DNA from: Dendrobates tinctorius
Taxonomy: Eukaryota
Assembly: GCF_039654945.1 (NCBI RefSeq)
Contig: NW_027361798.1
Location: forward strand, 3,658,001 to 3,722,000
Length of the DNA stretch: 64,000 nt
Reading direction: 5' to 3'
Shown in pieces: positions 54,030 to 64,000 of this stretch (its first letter is position 1; every line of letters begins with the position of its first letter). Below the pieces are notes generated by a model that was not told the DNA's origin, did not search any database, and saw nothing but the letters and a program-made list of their open reading frames with translations. Position numbers and translations under genes: made by a program.

Positions 54030-55320
54030 TGTCACATGGTGCCAGTGGTGGGATAACTAAGATAAGCCCCCACTGTGCCTGTGATAGCCGTGTGCCGGCA
54101 GTGCGTCACATCTATCTGTCCGCTGACAAACCCGTGCCGGTGGTGGGATCGTGACATATTGGTGGCACAGGGTGCGTTTTCATCACATATTGGTGGCAGC
54201 AGTGGGATTTTCATAGAGCATTAGTGATTTGGTTTGAGCAATCATTCCTCTCACTAAAGACCTGCACGGTTCCTGCGGGAATCCTGCATCATAGGTTTTG
54301 GAGAACAGACTCAGTGGTTACTAGTACTGAGACATTAGTGTGTAAGTGCGAGTATTCCCTCCCTTTTCTTCGTTTTTCTTTTCTATCTTTTATTTGGCAA
54401 CCATGGCGGCAAAAGGAGAACGCTGGTATACACAGCAGAAAAAGGAAACTCTTGCTGGAGTATGCACGTACCGAGGCATTGACGCCACAAACAAAACCAG
54501 AGACTAATTGATCGCGGCTCTGTTGCAGCTGGACAATGCACAGAGCCCATCGGGCGCAGAAGCCGGCCCTAGCCAAGGTGGCGCTGCATCTGAGGTCCAT
54601 CCACCGTAAGCCGGCCCCACATGCAACCAGGCCAGGCTGGACCCCTACCTGCAAGCGGCCTTGGACGCACTCCCTGCCGAAGACCATGATGGACGTCTGA
54701 AGCTGATCCAGCAAGCTCAGGAGAGAGAGGAGCAGCGAGCCGAGCGGGAGGAGAGAGCCGAGCGCCAAGCACAGGCTGAGAGAGCCGAGCGCCAAGCGCA
54801 GAGGGCCCATGAACTGGAGGTGCTCCAGCGGGGAGGAATGCCCCCACAGCCCAAAGCAGTGAGCCCAGCAACGCCCAGAGTCCTAAACCCTGGCCAGAGC
54901 ATTTTCCCGTGATGAAAAAGGAAGGGGACTTGGACATATTTCTGCGAGCCTTTGAGAAAGCCTGCAGACAGTACCGGCTGGCTAAGGACCAATGGGCCAG
55001 ATACTTGACCCCAGGGCTAAAAGGCAAAGCTCTGGAGATGTTTAATTCTCTACCGCCAGAAGACGATGACGACTATGATGCCATCAAGCAGGTTCTGATC
55101 GCCAAATACCGGCTGACACCTGAGGTATACCGAAAGAAGTTCCGGAACCTCCAACGTGGCCCACACGATAGCTATAGCTACAGTATGTGGTGCAAGGACT
55201 CAGGACCCACTTTGACCAGTGACTCCATGGACTGTCAGTTGATTCCTTTGAGCTGCTAAAGGACCTGATGATCAAAGACCAGTTCCTGCATCTCTGCCCA
55301 GCTGAGGTCCGACAGTTTAT
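54030..55320 (+). mobile_element. Gmr1-like Gypsy 5' end: LTR remnant, tRNA-Leu PBS, frameshifted gag with SCAN-like region
   Basis: TGGTGGCAGCAGTGGGAT at 54191-54208; coiled-coil, then FLRAFEKAC..W..L..KA, YRKKFR and MIKDQFL...EVRQFI. Confidence 0.75.
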
Positions 55321-55424
55321 CCTGTCGGGCAGGGCCTTGGAATGGGCCACTCCACTGTGGGAGCGTGGGGATCCCCTGGTACAGAGTGCCACCCACTTCT
55401 TGGTCGCTCTGAAACAGGTCTTCC
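55320..55424 (+). mobile_element. About 100-bp fragment of subfamily B gag
   Basis: Matches 33280-33384. Confidence 0.85.
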
Positions 55425-55839
55425 AGGTGCAAAAATTAAAGATGTGTCTGACAGGATATCAGGACTCTTCAGACCTACAGATGACTACCCATTCCTGCTA
55501 CTACATGTGGGGACAAATGACACCGCAAGAAACGACCTGGAAACCATCTGCAGAGACTTTGAAGACTTAGGCAAGAAAGTGAAAGAACTGGGAGCGCAGG
55601 TGGTCTTCTCTTCCATCCTCCCTGTGGATGGCCATGGAACAAGGAGGTGGAATAAGATTCTGCAGGGGAACAACTGGCTACATCGATGGTGCCGTCAGCA
55701 ACGATTTGGATTTCTGGATCACGGAGTGAACTACTTATACGATGGACTACTTGCTAGAGATGGGGTGCACCTTATGAAGACTGGAAAGCATGTATTTGGA
55801 AGTCGCCTTGCTACACTTGTAAGGAGAGCTTTAAACTAG
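55420..55839 (+). pseudogene. CR1 ORF1 C-terminal SGNH-esterase-like domain
   Basis: LPGA, HVGTND and DGVHL motifs directly upstream of CR1 ORF2. Confidence 0.88.
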
Positions 55840-55988
55840 AACAACATGGGAAGGGAAGCAAAAGACCAGAAAAAGCCATACACCTGACAAATGCTATTGA
55901 GAACTCTGCTATTAGAAGTGGAAAGGAAGAACAAAGACGAAAGAATCTAATTAATAAAAATATTGGAGAAAGAGAAACCAATCACAAA

Positions 55989-57798
55989 CTAAAATGTTTC
56001 TATACTAATGCACAAAGCATGGGCAACAAACAAGGAGAATTGGAACTACTAACACAGGAAAAGAAATATGATGTCATTGGAATCACTGAAACTTGGTGGG
56101 ACAATACACATGATTGGAATACAAGACTAGAACGATACAACTTATTTGCAAGAAACAGACTTGATAAACGAGGAGGGGGTGTCGCATTGTATGTTAGAAA
56201 CACGTATATCTGCACAGAGATTGAAGCTTCAGAGACTGGGAGTTCTGTGGAAACTGTTTGGGTAAGAATACAAGGACAGAACAATGGAAAGGACACCATT
56301 GTAGGCATTTACTACAGGCCGCCTGTGCAAGCTGAAGATATGGATGAACTCTTTATGCATCAAATGGCCAAGTTCTCCAAAAAATATGACATAGTTGTCA
56401 TGGGAAATTTCAACTATCCAGACATTTGTTGGGAATCTCTCTCAGGCAAAACTAACAGGTCAAGGAAATTCTTATCCTCTCTTGCTGACAACTTTATCTT
56501 CCAAAAGGTAAAGGAGAAAACAAGGGGAACTGCTACCTTGGATCTAATCCTTATAAACAGGGAGGAAATGGTTGAGGAGGTAAAAGTGGCTGGGACCCTA
56601 GGAGGTAGCGACCATGCTATTTTAGAATTTTGGATAACTAGAGGCGGAAGACCTGTGAAGACTCAGACGTCAAGGTTAGATTTCAGAAAGGCAGATTTTA
56701 AGGGATTCAGAAAGAGAATTGGAGGGATCCAATGGCTGGATATCCTTAAAGACAAAAATGTCCAGGAAGGATGGGAAATCTTGAAAAATGAAATTCTCAA
56801 AGCACAGTTGTTAACAATTCCGAAAAGAGGGAAGAATAGGAAGCATTTAAGGAAACCAGGATGGATGAACACAGAACTTAAGCACATGCTAAAAAGGAAG
56901 AAAAAAATGTTTATAAAATGGAAAGAGGGAGGCATATCTAAAGAAGAATATAATGCTGTCTGCAGAACCTGCAGGGCACAAATCAGATTATCTAAAGCTG
57001 AAAATGAATTGAGGCTTGCAAGAGATGTCAAAAGAAATAATAAAGGATTTTGGGGATATGTCAAAAGTAAAAGAAAAGTCAAAGTTGCTATAGGATTTTT
57101 ACAGGATGAAAATGATGAAATGGTAAGACAGGATGTTGAGAAGGCTGAACTTTTAAATTCCTATTTTGCATCTGTTTTCTCTCAGAAAGGAAATGTGAAA
57201 TCAACTGTTATTCACTGTCCTATTAAGGGAATAGAAGAATCCAGGATATCTATAAACAGAAAGAAAGTGAGGAAACACTTAGCTAACCTAAATGAATTCA
57301 AGTCTCCAGGTCCAGATGAATTACACCCCAGAGTACTGAAGGAGATAGCAGAAGAAATTTTTGAACCCCTCTCCATAATCTTTGAAAATTCTTGGAGAAC
57401 AGGAGAAGTGCCAGAAGACTGGAGAAGAGCAAATGTTGTCCCTATCTTCAAAAAGGGGAAGAAGGTGGACCCAGGCAACTATAGGCCGGTGAGTCTGACT
57501 TCTATACCAGGAAAGATCTTTGAACAAATTATTAAACAACATGTATGTCAATACCTGGATAAGAATGAAGTGATTAAACAGAGTCAGCATGGGTTTGTAA
57601 CTAATAAGTCATGTCAGACTAACTTAATTTCCTTCTATGACGGTATCACTGATTGGGTGGATCAAGGAAATGCTGTAGATATAGTATATCTTGACTTCAG
57701 CAAAGCATTTGACAAAGTCTCTCATACAATCCTTATTGAAAAAATGACAAAGTATGGAACGGACAAGGCAACTGTTAGGTGGATTCATAACTGGCTTA
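55989..57798 (+). mobile_element. CR1 ORF2 (APE endonuclease and N-terminal RT), cut by a Harbinger insertion
   Basis: YTNAQS, GITETW, YRPP, SDH, KSPGPD, NYRPVSLTS and YLDFSKAFD motifs. Confidence 0.95.
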
Positions 57799-58069
57799 GG
57801 CCTCTTTCACACATCAGGTTTTCGCCGTCAGGCGCGATCTGGCGCTTTTGACAGAAACCGGATCCGGCGAAATGCAATGCCGGATCCGGTTTCCCCCCCA
57901 TTGACTTGCATTTGCGCCGGATCGCGCCGGATGGCCATGCGTTTCATCCGGTTTTCGCCGGATCCGGCAATGTGTCGCGATCCGGCGTCTGGAAAAAACG
58001 GCTACTGTAACGTTTTTTGTCTCCGGGGTAAAAGCCGGACACGTCCGGCTTTTTCACACAATGAAAGTC

Positions 58070-60026
58070 TAGAATCATAGAATCATAGAATCGTAGAGTT
58101 GGAAGGGACCTCCTGGGCCATCTGGTCCAACCCCCTGCTCAAAGCAGGATTCGCTAAATCATCCCAGTTAGATGTCTGTCCAGCCTCTGTTTGAAGACTT
58201 CCATTGAAGGAGAACTCACCACTTCTCGTGGCAGCCTGTTCCACTCATTGATCACTCTAACTGTCAAAAAGTTTTTTCTAATATCTAATCTGTGTCTCCT
58301 CCCATTCAGCTTCATCCCATTGCTTCTAGTCTTTCCTTGTGCAAATGAGAATAAAGTTGATCCTTCTACAATGTGACAGCCCTTTAGATATTTGTAGACA
58401 GCTATTAAGTCTCCTCTCAGTCTTCTCTTTTGCAAACTAAACATTCCCAAATCCTGCAACCTTTCCTCATAAGACAGGGTTTGCAGACCGGTCACCATTC
58501 TGGTCGCTCTTTTCTGAACTTGCTCCAGTTTGTTGATGTCTTTTTTAAAATGTGGTGCCCAAAATTGGACACAATATTCCAGATGAGGTCTGACCAAAGA
58601 GGAGTAGAGGGAAATAATTACTTCACGTGATCTAGACTGTATGCTTCTGTTAATACATCCTAGAATTGCATTTGCCTTTTTTGCTGCTGCATCACACTGT
58701 TGACTCATATTCAGTCTGTGATCTATTAGTATACCCAAGTCTTTTTCACATGTGCTGTCACTTAGCCCTATTCCTCCCATTCTGTATATGCTTTTTTCAT
58801 TTTTATTGCCCAGATGTAGTACTTTGCATTTCTCCCTGTTAAAAACCATTCTGTTAGTTGCTGCCCACTTCTCCAGTTTATTTAAATCTTTTTGAATCCT
58901 CTCTCTCTCTTCTCTAGTATTAGCTATCCCTCCTAGCTTTGTGTCATCAGCAAATTTAATCAGTTTACCCTCAATTCCTTCATCTAAATCGTTGATAAAG
59001 ATGTTGAACAATACAGGGCCCAGGACAGAGCCCTGTGGTACCCCACTTGAGACATTCTTCCAACTGGATGTGCAGCCATTTACGACCACTCTTTGGGTCC
59101 GATCACTAAGCCAGTTATGAATCCACCTAACAGTTGCCTTGTCCATTCCATACTTAGTCATTTTTTCAATAAGGATTGTATGAGAGACTTTGTCAAATGC
59201 TTTGCTGAAGTCAAGATATACTATATCTACAGCATTTCCTTGATCCACCCAATCAGTAATACCATCATAGAAGGAAATTAAATTAGTCTGACATGACTTA
59301 TTAGTTACAAACCCATGCTGACTCTGTTTAATCACTTCATTCTTATCCAGGTATTGACATACATGTTGTTTAATAATTTGTTCAAAGATCTTTCCTGGTA
59401 TAGAAGTCAGACTCACCGGCCTATAGTTGCCTGGGTCCACCTTCTTCCCCTTTTTGAAGATAGGAACAACATTTGCTCTTCTCCAGTCTTCTGGCACTTC
59501 TCCTGTTCTCCAAGAATTTTCAAAGATTATGGAGAGGGGTTCAAAAATTTCTTCTGCTATCTCCTTCAGTACTCTGGGGTGTAATTCATCTGGACCTGGA
59601 GACTTGAATACATTTAGGTTAGCTAAGTGTTTCCTCACTATCTTTCTGTTTATAGATATCCTGGATTCTTCTATTTCCTTAATAGGACAGTGAATAACAC
59701 TTGATGTTACATTTCCTTTCTGAGAGAAAACAGATGCAAAATAGGAATTTAAAAGTTCAGCCTTCTCAACATCCTGTCTTACCATTTCATCATTTTCATC
59801 CTGTAAAAATCCTATAGCATCTTTGACTTTTCTTTTACTTTTGACATATCCCCAAAATCCTTTATTATTGCTTTTGACATCTCTTGCAAGCCTCAATTCA
59901 TTTTCAGCTTTAGATAATCTGATTTGTGCCTTGCAGGTTCTGCAGACAGCATTATATTCTTCTTTAGATATGCCTCCTTCTTTCCATTTTATAAACATTT
60001 TTTGCTTCCTTTTTAGCATGTGCTTA
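58070..60026 (-). mobile_element. 5'-truncated CR1 LINE with complete RT and 3' tail
   Basis: RT ORF to the stop at 58154; (ATTCTATG)n tail at 58070-58095; same family as the other two copies. Confidence 0.95.
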
Positions 60027-60165
60027 TGAGCGCCGCAATGCGCCGGATCCGGCGAAGGCCGGATCCGGTGGCCGGATCCGGTTTTTTTGGTCTGAGCATG
60101 CTCAGTAGCTCTGCCCACAAGACATATATAAAAGCAAGACAGTGGGACCCACAGCCACACCCAAC

Positions 60166-62378
60166 ATGCCACCCAAGAAAACAACCAAGCGCAGCAGGAG
60201 AAGGCAGGAGACCACTGCAGCACCATCAGCACCACCACCACCCCAAATGGAGCAGCAAATGGAACATGCTGAGGAGGGGAGGCCAGCAGCAGATGAGAGA
60301 CGGTAATTATCAAATCCCCCATTCCTCCAAACTAGGGCTATTGAATATCAAGATATTCATTGGCCCTTTGTTTCTCTTTATTCAACAGCTGCCCAATAGA
60401 TGCAGCAGCAGCAGCAGCAATGGCAGCAGGTGGAACACCACCCACAGGCATGGAGTGTGGCCACCAGGAAGACAGCACATCATCTTCTGGGAGCCCTCCC
60501 TCGCATCGTCAGCGTTTGACGGTAAGTTTTTATTTCCAAAATCCATCATCTCTGTAATATATGTCTATTCATTGCCTTTTATTTCAAAACAGGAATCACA
60601 AGATGAAGAGGAGCTCCCAGAAGAAGAAGGAAGGGGTGGACAGACACCTGGAGTGGGCTCACAATTGGTAAGTTTTTTGCATCAAACGCAGAAACACAAC
60701 ATCACACTACACACAACACATAGAAAACAATGTTCTGCAGACCACACACAGCAAACAAATGCCTACATCCAAAGACATAACATTTTTTGTTTTTTTCTCT
60801 AGTCTTCCCAATCTGGTGCTCGGCCAAGAGGTCCTCGCAGTGCCTCCCAGGGTCGTCGGCGACAGCAACGCGGCGGTCACCAGCGTGTAAGTATAAATAT
60901 TTTTGCTTTGTTTTTTTGCACTTTTTATTTCATTTCTTTTGTGGAGGCTAATTATGTTATTTTTGTCTTTTTCTTTAACAGCCTTCACAGCGTGCTCCCG
61001 ACTCTGACGGTGAGGATGGAGGGATTGATGTGGACCGCCTCATCGATCTCGTCAGAGAAAGGGAGCCGCTCTGGAATATGGCTGACCGCCGCCACGCTGA
61101 CCTTATCGTTACCCGACGACTCTGGGAGGAAATCTGTTCGCTCCTTGTGGGCCGCTGGGAGGACCTCGATGTTCGGGCCCAGATTAAAGAGCGTAAGTAT
61201 ATACAGTACCGGTTGCTTGATGTAAACCAGTGTTTCCCGAACTCCAGTCCTCGTGGTCCCCACGGATCATGTGTTCAGGATTTCTATTTACTTTGGAAAT
61301 CCTGAAAACATGACCCCTGGGGACCATGAGGACTGGAGTTTGGGAAACACTGATGTTGTATACTAACCACTCCTTTCTCGTTTCAGGGAACAGAATTGTG
61401 AATCGGTGGCGGTCTGTGAGGGATCGTTTCAAGAAGGAGTTCAATAAAGAGATGCGGGCCCCGAGTGGATCTGGAGGACGCAGGAGCAAGTACAAGTACG
61501 CACAAGCCCTGTCGTTCCTCCGGGAAACAATGGTCACTAGAAGGTAAATATTACACACCACATGTGAAAAAAAATGTTAGATGTAACTTTTTTTTTTCAG
61601 CCAGGGCCATACCATGTCAGTATTTTAATTGTTTTTTTTTCTCTTTATTCCACAGCACGGTGAGCAGCACTCGGGAGCCTGCACGATTGGACCCTTCTGA
61701 GGCGATCCCTGAGGAGACCGGCACCGAGGGACACTTCGACCGCCCCGGTACATCTGCACCTTCCCAGCCTTCCCACACATTCGACCCATCTGTCCCATCC
61801 ACCAGCACAGGAGCATCGTGGCTGCCTACATTACATGAAGCTGCTGGTGAGGAGATCGCTTTCCCTTTACCCCACCCTTCTGCCCCTGCCACCTCTAGTA
61901 CACCTGCGGGTACTGGGCGGCAGCGGCAGAGGGGTCAGGAAAAGAGTTATGCGCCAGAGTTCTTGCATCTGAATGCATCTTTCCAGAACTGTCTAAAAGT
62001 CTTGTCAGAGCAAATCTCCGCAGGCTTTCAGCAGATCAACTCCAGCATTCTGGAGGTGAAGACACTTCTGCAAACCATGCATTCAGAAGCAAGATCTTCG
62101 CCAAACCACAACTTTTTCAGGTCTGTTGTGGAGCGCATGGCAACACTATCTCCTACCCAGCAGATGCATGTAATGCATTCATGCCACGGTGCTCTACAGC
62201 AGGTTACCTCCCAACCTCCACCTCCCACCACTGTAGTTCCTCCACCTGCACCCCCTCCAGCCACTTTCCATCCTCCCCCTCCTATTACATCTGCACCCCC
62301 TCCAGCCACTTTCCATCCTCCCCCTCCTATTACATCTGCACCCCCTCCAGCCACTTTCCATCCTCCCCCTCCTATTAC
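60166..62378 (+). CDS. Harbinger MADF/Myb-SANT DNA-binding protein gene, 7 exons, 3'-truncated
   Basis: TATA at 60125. Exons 60166-60302, 60389-60521, 60593-60667, 60803-60886, 60982-61192, 61387-61543 and 61656-62378 splice GT-AG in frame. LIDLVREREPLW...WEEIC...RWRSVRDRF MADF signature; three 45-bp Pro-rich repeats at the end. Confidence 0.82.
61228..61352. mobile_element. 125-bp palindromic hAT-like MITE in intron 5
   Basis: CAGTGTTTCCCGAACTCCAGTCCTC...GAGGACTGGAGTTTGGGAAACACTG; TSD not clean. Confidence 0.75.
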
Positions 62379-64000
62379 GTCTCCGTCTCATCAGGAGATG
62401 CTGTCTCTCCTTGTGATGCCAGAAGGTATCGACCAGGTCCTCCTAGGGGTTCCCTGGTTACGGGCCCACTCTCCCCACATAGACTGGTCCTCGGGGAAAA
62501 TCCTCGCTTGGAGTAAATCCTGCGAGGGTAGGTGTCTGAGGGACTGCATTCTGGTCGCTACTTCTGAGGTTCCTGCAGATCTTTCCTCGCTTCCCAAGCC
62601 ATATCGGCAGAATGCAGACGTTTTCTCCAAGAAGGCGGCGGAGATCCTTCCGCCGCACCGCCCTTACGACTGTCCTATTGACCTCTTGCCCGGCGCTGAG
62701 CCTCCCGGGGTCGAGTATACCCCCTATCTCTCCCAGAGACAGAGGCCATGTCGCAGTATATCAGGAAGAATCTGGCAAGGGGATTCATTAGGAAGTCGGT
62801 GTCCCCGGCGAGAGCGGGATTCTTCTTTGTCCAAAAGAAGAATGGGGAATTACGTCCGTGCATCGATTACAGGGGACTTAACGCCATAACCGTTAAGAAC
62901 AAGTATCCTCTGCCCCTGATATCGGAACTATTTGATAGGCTACGGGGAGCGAGAGTGTTTACTAAGCTTGATCTGCGGGGAGCCTATAACCTGATTCGCA
63001 TCCGTGATGGGGACGAATGGAAGACGGCATTTAACACCAGAGATGGGCACTATGAATATCTGGTGATGCCCTTCGGGCTATGTAACGCCCCAGCCGTCTT
63101 CCAAGATTTAGTGAACGATATCTTCCGGGATATGCTTGCCACCTTGGTAGTAGTCTATCTGGATGATATTCTTATTTTTTCTCCAGATATTGACTCCCAC
63201 CGGAGAGATGTTCGCAAAGTTTTCGATCTCCTGCGGGCCAACTCCCTCTATGCCAAATTGGAGAAATGTGGGTTTGAGTCCTTGCCTTTCCTGGGTTACA
63301 TCATCTCAGCCCAGGGTTTGGCCATGGATCCTGCCAAGCTACAGGCGGTGATGGATTGGCAGGAACCCCATTCTCTCAAAGCGGTGCAGCGCTTTATGGG
63401 GTTCATAAATTACTATCGCCAATTCATTCCCCATTTCTCAACTTTGGTTGCACCCGTGGTAGCCCTCACCAAGAAGGGTGCGAACCCCAAACTGTGGTCG
63501 GAGACTGTCTCCAAGGCTTTCGCCTCCATTAAGTCCCATTTTGCTAGCGCTCCCATTCTACATCGCCCTGATGTAGATAAGCCATTCATTCTAGAAGTGG
63601 ATGCCTCCTCCGTCGGTGCTGGGGCGGTCCATTTCCAGAAGGACTCGCAAGGTCGGAAGCACCCATGCTTCTTCTTCTCCAAGACCTTCACACCGGCGGA
63701 GAGGAATTATTCCATCGGGGACAGAGAGTTGCTAGCAATGAAACTGGCCTTCTCAGAATGGAGACATCTCCTGGAGGGGGCTCGCCATCCTTTCCAGGTG
63801 TTCACCGATCACAAACATTTGGTCTATTTGCAGACGGCTCAGCGGCTGAATTCTCGTCAGGCCAGATGGTCCTTGTTCTTCTCCCGGTTCCATTTCACAC
63901 TACATTTTCTCTCCAGGGAGAAGAACGTCCGAGCCGATGCTCCTTCTCGCTCTGTGGTGTCATCAGAGGAGGAGGAGGAGCCTCACTGATAGTCCCATCG
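62379..64000 (+). mobile_element. pol: Second subfamily B pol fragment (end of PR, RT, RNase H)
   Basis: Near-identical to about 34132-35760; frameshift near 62705 and stop at 63989. Confidence 0.93.

Larger units (their letters stand above)
57799..62378 (+). mobile_element. PIF/Harbinger transposon, 5' part (interrupted by CR1, truncated by Gypsy B)
   Basis: Begins GGCCTCTTTCACAC right after TTA; CCGGATCCGG subterminal motifs on both sides of the nested CR1; encodes a MADF/Myb protein. Confidence 0.8.

Overview
Vertebrate genomic DNA, probably frog (inferred from the histone sequences and the transposon set). It is a replication-dependent histone locus buried in nested transposable elements. 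One near-complete histone unit spans about 5.8-17.2 kb: H2A(-), H2B(+, partly N-masked), H3(-), H1(-) and a frameshifted H4(+). A second, inverted partial unit (H3 and H4) lies at about 50-52.9 kb. The rest is TE-derived: several Tf1/sushi-like chromoviral Ty3/Gypsy subfamilies (called A-D and X here), two Gmr1-like Gypsy fragments, three CR1 LINE copies, two hAT transposase elements, a Charlie-like non-autonomous hAT, a Harbinger element with a 7-exon MADF gene, a probable Helitron end and five minisatellites. Most striking: (1) a roughly 70-copy minisatellite directly after the H1 stem-loop, made of the histone 3'-processing signal with a U7-complementary site in each unit; (2) self-priming LTR elements with compensatory changes between subfamilies; (3) a -1 frameshift signal in one subfamily that has become an in-frame gag-pol in its sisters; (4) a 384-nt ORF running through U3 of the LTRs; (5) a duplication at 28.7-kb offset showing one insertion as both a solo LTR and an LTR with its internal region. 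All calls are by eye from the sequence and ORF track; no database searches were run.
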